The position numbers and the translations under genes were made by a program. A DNA stretch of 64,000 bases from Myxococcota bacterium (GTDB taxonomy: Bacteria; Myxococcota_A; UBA9042; PHBI01; JBMYRH01), in contig JBMYRH010000009.1 in NCBI GenBank assembly GCA_049602155.1, forward strand, positions 95,391-159,390, in the 5' to 3' direction. The notes beneath the pieces are model-generated. The model was not told where the DNA came from. It saw only the letters and a program-made list of their open reading frames with translations, and searched no databases. Positions within the stretch are counted from its first letter, which is position 1; each line of letters opens with the position of its first letter. Positions 1 through 12,800 of this stretch are shown piece after piece.

Positions 1-1237
1 GAGGGCGGCCGTCGCCTTTGGAGGGATGGAGGCGATCGAAGTCATGCAGTCGAAGGAGCTGATGGAAGCGAATGGGCGCTGCGCCTCCGACGCTGATCTG
101 CTCCAGCGGTCCTATTGCGCGGCGGTGCACCAGCGACGCCATCTCAGCATAGGCCACCTCGACTTGGGCAGAGGCATGAAGAGGGTGAAGGGTAAAGGTC
201 ACCCCTCGAATGTCCTCTAGGGGGGCGTCTAAGCCGATGTCGTCGCTCTCGACTCGCGCATCCGGTGGAGAGGCCACGAGCGCGGAGGTGGCGGACGAGT
301 CCCTAGGGGCTCGCCAGTCGAGGTCCCCTACGAAACGCGCGAGGGTGCGTGGCGTGACGCGGAGACGTTGGTCGAAGAGGTAGGTCAGCAGGGCCTCGCG
401 GAAGGAGGCAGCATTCGGGTAGCGGGCGCTTGGGTCTTGTGCGAGCGCGCGCCGCAGGATGAGCTGAACACCGTCTGGGATGTAGGGGTGTCGGGCGAGC
501 TTCTCGTCTAACCGCGCCCCCCGAATGTTGTTCAGGGTCTCTGGGTCGGAGGCTCCGAGGAAGAGGCGCTTCAGCGTGAGGGTCTCGAAGAGGACGACGC
601 CGAGCGAGAAGAGGTCCGAGCGATGGTCAACGGGTTGGCCGGTGACTTGTTCGGGTGACATATAGCCGAGCTTGCCCTTCAGGCTGCCTTGGGTGTCGTC
701 GACCGCGCGCTGTCTCCCGGGGCGCGCGAGGTCCGCTCGGGCGACACCGAAGTCCATGAGCTTTACGCCACCGTCCTCGCTGATGAGGATGTTGGAGGGG
801 CTGACGTCTCGGTGAATGAGGTTGAGTGGTCGTCTTTGGCTGTCTGTGGCTTTGTGGGCGTAGTCGAGGCCATTGCAGACTTCGCTGACGACGTAGAGGG
901 CGAGCCCCAAGGGGATGCGCAGGCCTGTGCGGGTGGCCGACGTCAGGATCCCCAAGAGATCGGGGCCAGGCACGTACTCCATGGCGATATAATGTTGGCC
1001 GTCGCTTTCACCCAGCTCGAAGGTCTGGACGATGTTGGGGTGATGCAGCATCGAGCTGACCCGCGCTTCGGCCACCAGCATCCGGACGAAGTGGTGGTTC
1101 GTCGCGAACTCGGGGAGGATCTTCTTGATGACGAGGGTGCGCTCCACGCCTTCAGGGCTTACAGCGCGGGCCTTATAGACCTCGGCCATACCGCCGACGC
1201 CGATCTTCTCCGTGAGCTCGTAGCCGCCGAAGCGCAA
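1..1237 (-). CDS. Ser/Thr protein kinase (eukaryotic-like), partial. The C-terminus runs off the window start. A TTG start at 1237 is proposed because the first in-frame ATG lies inside the Gly-loop.
   Basis: Minus-strand translation gives GYELTEKIGVGGMAEVYKA (Gly-loop with VYKA Lys), ...LNLIHRDVSPSNILI (catalytic loop) and DFGVA. The ORF is open to position 1 and is absent from the ORF track because no stop lies in the window. An in-frame TGA sits at 1280-1282. Confidence 0.8.
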   Translation of the reverse strand, partial: MRFGGYELTEKIGVGGMAEVYKARAVSPEGVERTLVIKKILPEFATNHHFVRMLVAEARVSSMLHHPNIVQTFELGESDGQHYIAMEYVPGPDLLGILTSATRTGLRIPLGLALYVVSEVCNGLDYAHKATDSQRRPLNLIHRDVSPSNILISEDGGVKLMDFGVARADLARPGRQRAVDDTQGSLKGKLGYMSPEQVTGQPVDHRSDLFSLGVVLFETLTLKRLFLGASDPETLNNIRGARLDEKLARHPYIPDGVQLILRRALAQDPSARYPNAASFREALLTYLFDQRLRVTPRTLARFVGDLDWRAPRDSSATSALVASPPDARVESDDIGLDAPLEDIRGVTFTLHPLHASAQVEVAYAEMASLVHRRAIGPLEQISVGGAAPIRFHQLLRLHDFDRLHPSKGDGRP

Positions 1238-1247
1238 GGGATCCTCG

Positions 1248-1487
1248 TTACTGAACCTTCTCGAGGCTCTCGACCAGGTTCAAGGCGACCTCACAGGACC
1301 GCCGCTCCTCTGTCGAGGCACGGGAGGCCATGGTCTGCAGGCGGGTACATTCCTCGCTCTCCGAGCCGGCGGTGGCGCATGCCTTCTCTGCGATCACCGC
1401 GCATGGATTGGCACAGCCCCCGGCTAGAACCGAGGCTGTGAGCACCATGAATAGCCACCGCTTTGTCATCGCAATCCTCGCCCTCAT
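1248..1487 (-). CDS. Small secreted/lipoprotein-like Cys-containing protein (79 aa); hypothetical.
   Basis: It fills the 317-bp gap between the PP2C and kinase genes on the same strand. The N-terminus MTKRWLFMVLTASVLAGGC looks like a signal peptide with lipobox-like LAGGC, and there are 5 Cys. There is no homology-based support. Confidence 0.4.
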   Translation of the reverse strand: MRARIAMTKRWLFMVLTASVLAGGCANPCAVIAEKACATAGSESEECTRLQTMASRASTEERRSCEVALNLVESLEKVQ

Positions 1488-1554
1488 CGCCGTGTGAACG
1501 ATCTATCACCCTGCGTTTCGCAGAGCAACCGGCATCCCATCGCCCCTGCCGACC

Positions 1555-2361
1555 TTACGCGTGGACGTCGATGATCATAACGGTGACATTGTCGACGCCG
1601 CCCAGGTCAAGGGCGTCCGCGACCAAGGCCTCCGTGGCGTTCTTGGCGCCCTTGACGTCAGCCAAGATGGCCGCCATCTCGTCATCGCTGACGAGGTCGG
1701 TGAGGCCATCGCTGCATAGCAGGAAGCGATCCCCCGGTTTGGCGGTCCGGAAAAACGAGTCGACCTCGACCTCTTCTTGAAGTCCGAGGGCACGTACGAT
1801 CACGTTCTTATATGGGAAAGAGGGCAGATCCTCGGGCTTGAGCACGCCGAGTCGAATGAACTCGTTAGCGAGCGAGTGATCTTCCGTGAGCTGTTCGAGG
1901 GAGTCACCACGCATCCGGTAAACGCGACTGTCCCCGACGTAGGCGCAGTACACACGGCTCCCCGAGAACGCGATGCTGACGACGGTTGTGCCCATGTCGT
2001 TAAAGCGGGTGTCACGCGATGCGGCTGCGAAGATCTGACGATTGCCGAACTCGACCGCCGTGCGGAGCCGGTACTCGTCGAAGTTCGACAGCGCGCTGTC
2101 TGCCTCCTCGCCCTCGCCCGCCTCCTCGCTCTTCTCTTTCAGCGTCTTGTAGCTCGCACGGAGCGAATCGTGGCGCGCGGGATCAGCGTAGAACTCCGCG
2201 ATGGACTCCACAGAGATGCGGCTGGCGACCTCGCCACACGCATGGCCTCCCATGCCGTCAGCGACGACATAGACCTGTTGGTCTGGGAGGACCAAGCAGT
2301 CATCCTCATTGTGTTGGCGAACACGGCCAACATCAGAGAGGACGAACACGTCGTGGGTCAT
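1555..2361 (-). CDS. PP2C-family Ser/Thr protein phosphatase.
   Basis: 268 aa. Motifs: SDVGRVRQHNED, VVADGMGGHACGEVAS, LLCSDGLTD and DNVTV. ATG at 2361. Its start overlaps the stop of the upstream tldD-like gene by 4 nt. Confidence 0.9.
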   Translation of the reverse strand: MTHDVFVLSDVGRVRQHNEDDCLVLPDQQVYVVADGMGGHACGEVASRISVESIAEFYADPARHDSLRASYKTLKEKSEEAGEGEEADSALSNFDEYRLRTAVEFGNRQIFAAASRDTRFNDMGTTVVSIAFSGSRVYCAYVGDSRVYRMRGDSLEQLTEDHSLANEFIRLGVLKPEDLPSFPYKNVIVRALGLQEEVEVDSFFRTAKPGDRFLLCSDGLTDLVSDDEMAAILADVKGAKNATEALVADALDLGGVDNVTVMIIDVHA

Positions 2362-4073
2362 GGACCATCCTGGGCCGGAGCTGGGGCATTTAGGAGCGGC
2401 TTTTGGCCGCGAGCACGTGCGGTGCGCTGGAGTTCCACTTCGGAGAAGACCAAAGCAGGAGCGACTGTACTGACGGGTACCATACCGGATTCAGCGCCGC
2501 AATAACCGTTGAAGACCCCGACGCTCTGACCTGCAGCGGTGATCTTGGCGAGCGTCGCGAGGGGGGTGCCCACCAGATCCACGCCGCGCACGAGGGTCTT
2601 CTCCCCGGTTTTTGCGTCGACCTTGTAGACCATTCGTGCCTCCCCTTTGAAGGCTTGATAGCCATAGGAGGAGGTGTTTGTCTGCCCGCCAGAGAGGTCT
2701 CGGATCCACAAGCCGAAGGGCTTGCCCTGCTTGCGGACCTCAGCGAGGAGGCGCTTCAGGAGCGTGCGGTCCGAGACGGTCCGGTGAGCGTGGACAATCA
2801 GGTTACCCATTCGGGCCGTGGGGCGCATGACCCCTGCGGCGCGGCCATGCCCATTGGAGCTGTCGAAGCCCGGCGCCGGACGGCGGCCCATCAGGAAACC
2901 GCGCAGGACGCCACGATCAACGAGGGTGGTGCGCTCGGAGCGGACGCCCTCGTCATCGATAGCATATGTCCCATTCAAGGGCGTCGCGCCGAGGTGAGCC
3001 CGGCTCGGGTCATCGTAGACAGAGAGGAAGGTGGGCACGACGCGCTTGCCGAGGTGATCGGCGAAGGTCTGACCTTCGTCTTCGGAGTCTTGTCGGTGTG
3101 CCTCGAGGCGATGGCCGAGGACCTCGTGGAAGAACACGCCCGCGGCGCGGGGAGCGAGGAGCGCTGGTCCGGTGTAGGGCCCGAGCTCTGGCGCGTTTCG
3201 GAGCGCCTCGAGCTCAGTGAGCATCTGTGCAGTGGCATCGATGAGCTGGTCGTCGGTCGGCAGCTCAGCCTCAACGGGTGCGTAGCGATCCACCGAATGT
3301 TCGAGGAGCATACCGTCGTCGGCGCGAGTGCGAGCGAGCACATGGATTTGAACGAACGGGGTTTGGGTTCGTACGCGGACACCCTCGCTGTTGACGAACC
3401 AGCGGACGGTGCGGCCCGAGCGGAACTCGACCTCACTGTCGAAGACCTCGGGGCTGTCGGCGGCTTGAGCACTCAGGCGTCGCGTGATGGCGCGCCAGCG
3501 TGACAGGTCTACGGTGACGTCGTTCAAGGGAGCGTAGTCAACGACCGCGGGGGCGCGCGAATGGCTGACGCGCTCGCGCTTGGGTGCGGCTTCGAACAGG
3601 CGCCGGCCTTTGAGGCGTAGGTAGGAAGAGGCAGCTTGTTTGTATCGCAGGTCCGTCAGGAGCCAGAGGGCGTGCTGTATGGCAGTCGGCGAGTCGGCGA
3701 GGGGGACGGAGCGCAGGGGCTCGAAGTCTGGGGCCTCCGCCCACTCGGCTTGCTCGTCCTCCGAGTTGTCGAAGGCGTAGTCGCCTACCCGGACGTCGAC
3801 GTACGCGTCCCGTGTGCGATCGACATCGTCGAGGAGCATCGCGCCCTGCTTGGCCGCGATGCGGTGCGTCTGAAGATCGTGGACGGTGTAGGACACGTAA
3901 TAGGGCGCCGGATATTGGTCGTCACCGAGCTGCGTCATGGCCCGTGAGAGCTCCGCCGTCATCGCGGTGATCACGGGGTCGGTGTGTTCGGTCGCCAGGC
4001 TGGTCGCGCTCAGAGCGCCGGACAGGGCCGTCGTGCACAGAAGGACGTAGAACTTTGATCTGAACGCAATCAT
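2358..4073 (-). CDS. TldD/PmbA-family (peptidase U62) metalloprotease, secreted.
   Basis: 571 aa with an N-terminal signal peptide (MIAFRSKFYVLLCTTALSGALSA). It carries FFHEVLGHRLE (HExxxH-like) and a Gly-rich C-terminal region typical of TldD/PmbA. GAGG lies 12 nt upstream of ATG 4073. Confidence 0.8.
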   Translation of the reverse strand: MIAFRSKFYVLLCTTALSGALSATSLATEHTDPVITAMTAELSRAMTQLGDDQYPAPYYVSYTVHDLQTHRIAAKQGAMLLDDVDRTRDAYVDVRVGDYAFDNSEDEQAEWAEAPDFEPLRSVPLADSPTAIQHALWLLTDLRYKQAASSYLRLKGRRLFEAAPKRERVSHSRAPAVVDYAPLNDVTVDLSRWRAITRRLSAQAADSPEVFDSEVEFRSGRTVRWFVNSEGVRVRTQTPFVQIHVLARTRADDGMLLEHSVDRYAPVEAELPTDDQLIDATAQMLTELEALRNAPELGPYTGPALLAPRAAGVFFHEVLGHRLEAHRQDSEDEGQTFADHLGKRVVPTFLSVYDDPSRAHLGATPLNGTYAIDDEGVRSERTTLVDRGVLRGFLMGRRPAPGFDSSNGHGRAAGVMRPTARMGNLIVHAHRTVSDRTLLKRLLAEVRKQGKPFGLWIRDLSGGQTNTSSYGYQAFKGEARMVYKVDAKTGEKTLVRGVDLVGTPLATLAKITAAGQSVGVFNGYCGAESGMVPVSTVAPALVFSEVELQRTARARGQKPLLNAPAPAQDGP

Positions 4074-4314
4074 ACGTAGCTCGGTACCTCAAATTGGGAC
4101 GAAGTGTCAATAAGGTTAGGGGGTTATGTGTTTCCCAGGGGCGATGTTGTCATTTTTATTAAAACAACGACTTATATGCTTTTTATTTAAAAAATGGCTG
4201 GATTGAGACTGTCGTGTTTCACGTGAAACATGAGTTTTTTAAAACATCTTGTGTTAACTACTGCTCACCGTAAAACAGGCTAAAGAGCCAATAGCGGCGT
4301 AATTAGGAGGCTTT
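4074..4314. promoter_or_regulatory. AT-rich intergenic island between divergent operons; holds parS and presumably the divergent promoters.
   Basis: The region is ~35-40% GC in a ~65% GC context, with T/A runs (ttttattaaaacaac, ttttatttaaaaaatgg). A perfect AGGAGG lies 5 nt before the parA ATG. Confidence 0.5.
4215..4230. promoter_or_regulatory. parS: parS centromere-like site (ParB binding).
   Basis: Exact 16-bp palindrome TGTTTCACGTGAAACA, identical to the consensus parS (tGTTNCACGTGAAACa). It sits 85 bp upstream of parA. Confidence 0.85.
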
Positions 4315-5124
4315 ATGGCCCGCACGATTGCCATCGCCAACCAGAAGGGAGGCGTCGGAAAAACCACGACCGCCGTGAACCTCGCGGCGTCTCTTGCGGT
4401 CGCCGAGCAGCGTGTGTTGCTCGTCGACCTGGACCCACAGGGCAACGCTACCTCCGCCTATGGCGTCGAGAAGGCCCAGCTCTCTGCGCACGCTTATCAC
4501 GTGCTTGTGGACGGCCTACCCGCCCACGATGCCATCGCTCAGACCGAGCTTGAGGGCTGCGATATTCTGCCTACCAACACGGACTTAGTGGGCGCCGAGC
4601 TTGAGCTCGTCACGGGTCACGGCCGCGAAACGCGCCTCCGCGATGCCTTGGCTCCCCTCGCTGATGGCTATGACTTGATCCTCCTCGACTGTCCGCCATC
4701 CTTGGGCCTCTTGACCCTCAATGGCCTAACGGCCGCCGATGGCGTCTTGATTCCGCTTCAATGCGAGTACTACGCCATGGAGGGCATGAGTCACTTGCTG
4801 CGCACCATCGATCTCGTCAAGGCGCGCCTCAACCCAGGCCTCTCCTTAGACGGCATCGTGCTGACCATGTACGACAAGCGAAATCGCCTCACGTTCCAGG
4901 TCGAGACCGAGGTCGTGAATCACTTTGGACCCCTCGTCTGGCCCACGCGCATCCCTCGGAATGTGCGGCTCAGCGAATCGCCCTCATTTGGAAAACCGGC
5001 GCTCCTCTATGACGTCGCAGCGCCCGGTACGGCAGCTTATCTCGCCCTCGCGGACGACCTTTTGGCGCGTCAGCCGAAGGCCCCCGTGTCGTCCTCATCA
5101 TCGCAGGAGGTCTTCGGACAATGA
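4315..5124 (+). CDS. parA: Chromosome partitioning ATPase ParA/Soj.
   Basis: 269 aa. Deviant Walker A motif NQKGGVGKTTTAVNL. DLDPQGNAT is typical of ParA/Soj. Confidence 0.95.
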   Translation: MARTIAIANQKGGVGKTTTAVNLAASLAVAEQRVLLVDLDPQGNATSAYGVEKAQLSAHAYHVLVDGLPAHDAIAQTELEGCDILPTNTDLVGAELELVTGHGRETRLRDALAPLADGYDLILLDCPPSLGLLTLNGLTAADGVLIPLQCEYYAMEGMSHLLRTIDLVKARLNPGLSLDGIVLTMYDKRNRLTFQVETEVVNHFGPLVWPTRIPRNVRLSESPSFGKPALLYDVAAPGTAAYLALADDLLARQPKAPVSSSSSQEVFGQ

Positions 5125-6008
5125 GCACTGGAAGACAGACACTAGGGAAGGGCCTTGGTGCCCTCCTGCCGGCGCCCGAGTACGCGGCACATCGTGATGA
5201 CTATTTCCTCTGCCCTGTGGCCGAGGTCCACCCAGATCCGGGCCAACCTCGCCGTCACTTTGACGACGCGGCGCTCGATGAACTCGTCGTCAGCGTGCGT
5301 GAGAAGGGGATCTTACAGCCCCTCGTCGTGCGGACCCGCCCGGACGGCCCAGGCTATCTGCTGATCGCAGGTGAGCGTCGCCTGCGCGCTGCTCAGCGCC
5401 TGCGCCTCCGCGACGTGCCCGTCCTGGTCAAAGAGGTGGCCTCTGATGAGGCCTTTGAGCTGGCCCTGATCGAGAACATTCAGCGTGAGGACCTCAACCC
5501 TATCGAGGAGGCCCTCGCCTTTGAGAGGCTCCTCAGCGCGGAGGGCATGACTCAAGAGACCCTCGCCCTGCGGATCGGGAAGAGCCGGTCCTCTATCGCG
5601 AACGCCTTGCGCCTCTTGAAGCTCTCAGAGGTCCTCCAGGCTCACGTCGAGCAGGGGCTCTTGAGCTCCGGTCATGCGCGCGCCTTGCTCTCCCTCGATG
5701 ACCTTGCCCGTCGCGATGAGCTGGGCGCGAAGGTGATCGAGGAGAAGCTCTCAGTTCGGGAGACAGAGCGGCTCGCCAAGCTCTGGAATCGCGGCGAGCC
5801 TCGCGTCAGAGGTCCGCGTAAACCGGGTCCCCTTGCACCTTATCTCGAGGGCCTCGCGGACGAGATCGGGACCGCGCTGGACCTGCAGGCGACCGTCAAG
5901 TTGCGTGGACGTCAGGGCAAGCTCACCCTTCAATTTCACGGCGTCGAGCAGCTCCGAACTTTGCGGGATTTCTTGGTGCAATCTGCGGAGGCTGATGCCT
6001 CCCGATAG
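5121..6008 (+). CDS. parB: Chromosome partitioning protein ParB/Spo0J.
   Basis: 295 aa. GERRLRAAQ (ParB box II), LIENIQREDLNP and an HTH region. Its ATG overlaps the parA stop. Confidence 0.95.
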   Translation: MSTGRQTLGKGLGALLPAPEYAAHRDDYFLCPVAEVHPDPGQPRRHFDDAALDELVVSVREKGILQPLVVRTRPDGPGYLLIAGERRLRAAQRLRLRDVPVLVKEVASDEAFELALIENIQREDLNPIEEALAFERLLSAEGMTQETLALRIGKSRSSIANALRLLKLSEVLQAHVEQGLLSSGHARALLSLDDLARRDELGAKVIEEKLSVRETERLAKLWNRGEPRVRGPRKPGPLAPYLEGLADEIGTALDLQATVKLRGRQGKLTLQFHGVEQLRTLRDFLVQSAEADASR

Positions 6009-6021
6009 GCCTCGCCCCGTC

Positions 6022-8274
<2,253 letters not shown>

Positions 8275-8334
8275 GACTTCTCTCCCCGCCTGGTTTTCTG
8301 GCCTACGTTCAGGCTGCCTTCTACACTTCGTGCG

Positions 8335-9855
8335 ATGGGACCACCATCTGTGTTCAAGAGGCAAGGGCGTCTTCTACGCGCGCGAGCGCGTTCGCTCACG
8401 CGCGCGGCCGTTGCCCTCTTGCTCACGGTCGCCACCTGCTGGGTCAGCGCATATTTTTGGACACATACAACATCCGGCCAGGGGCAGATCATCTCGGTCG
8501 CCGAGCGCCGTTTCGATCACGCGCTGGTTCGCCTCGACGGCCTGGGTTGGGGGCCGTCCCCTCTGCGCTGGTGGACGCGGGGCCTCGTGATAGCTGAGCA
8601 CCCTGAGCAGCCCGTGCTGAGCGCTGGTGTCGCTGTGATCGAGCTGGATCTCGCGACAGCGTGGTCCGAGACCGTCAGCGTGACGCGTATGACGGCGAAG
8701 GATGTGGGGGTTCACCTGACTTGGGACGCCTCAGGGCGCTCAAACTTGGCGCGACTGCGGCGCCCAGCGGATCCCACCGAGCCGGCGCGTGATCCCCGCC
8801 CCTGGGTGTTTCAGGTCGTCGATCTGTCCGGTGGCGTCGTCAGCCTGACGTGGCCAACGTGGGGGCTTCACTTTGATGCCGTGGACTGCGCGGGCTCGAT
8901 TCGACGCGCGCCGCCCGAGGGCCTTGTGATCGCGGCGGACCTAGAGGGCGCTGAGGCCTCTTTGAGGGTCGGTGATCGGGTTCAACGCTTCGATGCCCAC
9001 GCTATCGAGGGGTTTGAGTGGCGCTCGCGAGCCCTAGAGGCCAAGCGCGTGGTGGTGAGTTCCACGGCAGGGGCAGAGCTCATGCTCGCTGGTGAACTGG
9101 GGTTCGATGGTGGGACCTCGGCGGACCTCCGTGGTCACGCGACGCTCCCAGTGGATGCGGGAGATGAACTGCTCACCCAGTGGTTCCCTCAGGGAGGCGG
9201 AGCGCGAGCCATCACTGTGTCACGCACCGCTGGGGCACCATGGTCCTTCGGCGTCACGGAGGCTGTGATCCCCACCCTGAGCATGGGTGATTGGCAGGCC
9301 TCCGGGCTCGCCGCCTCTTTTGATGCAGAGGTTGGGCGTGGTGGTGTGGTGCCTTCTCTGGGGTTAAGGACGGAGGGCGCGACGGCGCAGTCGATTGCTT
9401 ATGGGACGAGGTGGCGCGTAGACGGCGTACGGGCTGGCTCGGTGAACTTGAGCCTTGGGGTGGCCACTGAGGCCAAGATCTCCGCCCTGAGAGCGTCTGA
9501 TTTTCAGCTCTCAGGGGAGCGCGTGACCTCTCCCGTCTTTGAGGGAGGGCTCGTCGCCAATATGGGGGGCGGCGCTCTGAACGCCTCTCTGACGACCGCG
9601 ATGGGGACGGTGACGGTCTCAGGGCCGATCGAGACGAGCCTCTTGCGGCGTCGGGTCGGTGCGCAGCTCTCTTGGCGCTTTGCGGATGTCCAGGGCGGCT
9701 TAGCAGGCTTGCTTCGTCGGGCACTGCCCGGTGGGGAGACGCCCGATGATTTCGAGGTCCTCGACGGTCGCGCAACGTCAAGATTCGGCGTCGCTGCTGC
9801 GGGACCTGTGACGTGGTCTTGGACTGACGTGGAGTGGACGGGAGGTGAGCCATGA
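8335..9855 (+). CDS. Hypothetical membrane-anchored protein (506 aa), first gene of the TamB/Omp85 cluster.
   Basis: The N-terminal TM is RAAVALLLTVATCWVSAYFW. Start 8335 is chosen to avoid overlapping the divergent maeB start. Its stop overlaps the downstream start (ATGATG). No recognisable catalytic motifs. Confidence 0.5.
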   Translation: MGPPSVFKRQGRLLRARARSLTRAAVALLLTVATCWVSAYFWTHTTSGQGQIISVAERRFDHALVRLDGLGWGPSPLRWWTRGLVIAEHPEQPVLSAGVAVIELDLATAWSETVSVTRMTAKDVGVHLTWDASGRSNLARLRRPADPTEPARDPRPWVFQVVDLSGGVVSLTWPTWGLHFDAVDCAGSIRRAPPEGLVIAADLEGAEASLRVGDRVQRFDAHAIEGFEWRSRALEAKRVVVSSTAGAELMLAGELGFDGGTSADLRGHATLPVDAGDELLTQWFPQGGGARAITVSRTAGAPWSFGVTEAVIPTLSMGDWQASGLAASFDAEVGRGGVVPSLGLRTEGATAQSIAYGTRWRVDGVRAGSVNLSLGVATEAKISALRASDFQLSGERVTSPVFEGGLVANMGGGALNASLTTAMGTVTVSGPIETSLLRRRVGAQLSWRFADVQGGLAGLLRRALPGGETPDDFEVLDGRATSRFGVAAAGPVTWSWTDVEWTGGEP

Positions 9856-12800
9856 TGGCTGCGCTCTTCCGCGCGCTGCGCCGTACGCTCTACCTTGGCT
9901 TCAAGCTGGTGATGACGGGCCTCTTCATGGCCTACCTGCTCGTCGCGCGGAGCTTCCTCTACATCTTGACCCTTTACGTCGCTGTGTACTTCGTCAGCGG
10001 CCACTCGGCGACGAAGCATTTCGTGCAGCAGGCGGTGTCGTCTGAGGTGCCAGGCTTCATCACGGTGGGCACCATGCAGTGGGGGCCGATGCCTTGGAGC
10101 ATCACCTTGGCTGGATCACGGGTTCATGGAGAGCACACCCAGCAAGTGATCCACGTGGAGATGTTTGAGGCTGAGGTCGACTGGGCTTCGACGGCTGCGG
10201 CTGTGACACGGATGATGGTGGTGCCTGACGCGCCGATCCCGATCTTGATGCGGCACGTGCACATCGTGAAGCCGACGATCCACATGACGTCGAGTGAGGA
10301 GGGGTTGGACTTTACCCGAGCGTTCCACATCCCCACTGGTGGTCCATCGAACCCGCCGAAGAAGACGATCCGGATAGATCACGCCACGATTGAGGGGGCG
10401 CGTATACGCATCGACTTCCCCGAGATACGCATGGACGCGGAGGGCATTGACCTCCACCTCGCACATTTCCTGCTCGAGAACATCGATGACGTGAACTTCC
10501 TCGTGTCCCGGGCGCATATCGACACCTTCGATTTTCATATGCGACCACACTTTAGGCCCTTCCCGAGCCTCGATCGGCTCACGATGCCGGTCCGCAACCT
10601 CGCGATCACACGCTTTCAGTTCGTCTTGAACCGCTTTGAGGCCTTGAAGGTCGAAGGTGAACTCGACGGCGGCAAGATGCTGGCGTCGATCGCGATGGAC
10701 TTCGTGCGAGGTCAAACGCCGCTTTGGAAGACTCGAATGAACCTCGACCTCCCAGAGACCTCCACCATCTTACCGGATCTCTTCGGTGGGCATGTGCGGG
10801 GGGCGTTAACGGCCGACATCGAGGGGCAAGGCTCGATGGACGAGCTTAACCTCGCGATCTCGGGGCGCTCACCGACGATGAAGCTCCTGGGCCATGACGT
10901 CGCGGACTTGGCGATGGAGCTCACGATCGCGCCAGAGGTCACGCCTGAAGGTCGGATCAACCACCCGTTTGTCCTCCACTCACTGTCAGGCGACACCTTG
11001 GGGGGGCGTGTCGAGGCGGGTCCGTTTCGGTATGTCATGCGTTGGGCCGAGCCCGCTGCACCGAATGCCCAAGGGCTCACGATGCCGGGCCATGGGACTC
11101 GCCACGCCTTTGGTGGCACGCTCAAGCTGGACGGCGTCGACCCCTGGGAGTTCCTGCAGCCCCTCGATCTTGGGCTAGATCTTGAGTCGCTACCGCTCCT
11201 GAGTGGATCAGCGGTGGGGACGCTCCACGTCAACGGTTATATCGATGAGGAGACTCACCGCTTTGTACTCGACGGTGCGACCGATCGGTTGGGCTACAGT
11301 TGGAATGGGGCATCGAATTGGCCTCTGAACAAGGTCTTCGAATTGAGCGGTGGCCTCGGCCTCTCGCTCGGTGAGGTTGGCTCCACAGACCCGGTCGACG
11401 GTGTCTTTGCGCCTCACCGCCTCCTCACGTTTGAAGAGATGCGCCTGACGAGTAGCGGAGACGCGGTGGTCCTAGACGCTGAGCTGGACCTCACCCGTGG
11501 TCGCGTCGACGCCTACGCAGATGTTCGGGTCCGTGAGCTTCGACGCTTCTTGGCGCCCTTTGGGGTCGACACTGTTGCAGGGCGAGCTCACCTCGCTCGA
11601 CTGCGGATCACCGAGACGTTTACAAACCCGACAGTCGAGACCTTCGCGACGATCAATGGTGCGGAGCTCTCGGGGAACCCGATGGGGACGCTGACCAGCC
11701 ATGTCGCGCTGCATGACGGCCTTCTCAAGATCAAGGGCATGAAGACAGAGGCGCCTTGGGGGAAAGCCTCTGCGAATGGACATATGCAGCTCTGGAATGG
11801 CGCGATCACATCGCCAGACCCGAACCTGCCCTTCGTCGTCAACGACGCCCGTGTCGACAACTTACAGCTCAAGAACCTGCTCCCACAGATCGGCCTCAGC
11901 GCCCGTGTCTCCGTCAACGCGGATCGGATCTCCGGCAAGGCGGTGAGGCTCATCGATACGGTCGAGGGATCGGGCACTGTTCGGGCGACTGACCTGAAGA
12001 TGGGGCCGGACTCAGCCAAGCTGTTCACCGCAGAGCTTATCGCCAATTCACGGATGCTGAAGGCGAAGGAGGTGGAGATCACCCTCGCCTCTGGAGACCT
12101 GATCCAGGGCAACGTCATGATGACAAAGGGAGGCCGACAGTTCTCAGCTCAGCTCAAGACTGACGAGCTCCCGCTCACCGCGATCAAGTGGTTTGGTCAG
12201 CAAGGTGTGAACCTCGGTGGTCGTGTGAGCGCTGATCTGAGCTTGGATGGGACGCTCGAGAAGCCGATCTTAATCGGCACGTTGGCGACCTATGACTTCT
12301 CCCTCGACCCGATCTTTATGGGGGATGGCAGCTTCAGTATTACGACCGCTCAAGATGGGCGTATCGAGCTGTCGGCCTTGGAGAACTTCCCCGGCATGTC
12401 GCTGCTCGAGGGCTCCCATGTGGTCGTCAATCGAGGGGTCCCGACGTACGCTAACTTCCGGGTCAAAGCTGAGGACGCCAAGGTCTACGAGGTCCTTCCG
12501 TTCCTCGCCATTGACGACACGGAGCTGACAGCGACGGCCATGGTGGAGATCGATCTTTGGCCCGGTCGTGACGGAGACACCTGGCAGGTCTTGGTGGACG
12601 CGATGCCCGGTGACGTCGGCTTGTCGCTCTTTGATGGAGAGCTGGAGTACGACAACCTGTCTGAGCTGTTCATGGTGATGACGCCGCGCGAGCTGCTCAT
12701 TGAGCCAGTCGCGCTAGGGGTGGATCTCGACGATGCCATTTTGGTCTGTGGGACCTTCCAAGAGGAGGCCCTCTGGGACCTTCAGGTCGGAGGTCGCCTT

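Noticed and set aside
2019-3503. Many Arg/Pro/Ala-rich ORFs in the track overlapping real genes on the opposite strand or in other frames (for example 2019..2393, 2403..3503, 2966..3220, 19098..19370, 25135..25810, 35189..35881).
   Set aside because: They are typical antisense or off-frame shadows in ~65% GC DNA. They are low-complexity, lack motifs and are fully nested in well-supported genes (TldD, kinases, protease).
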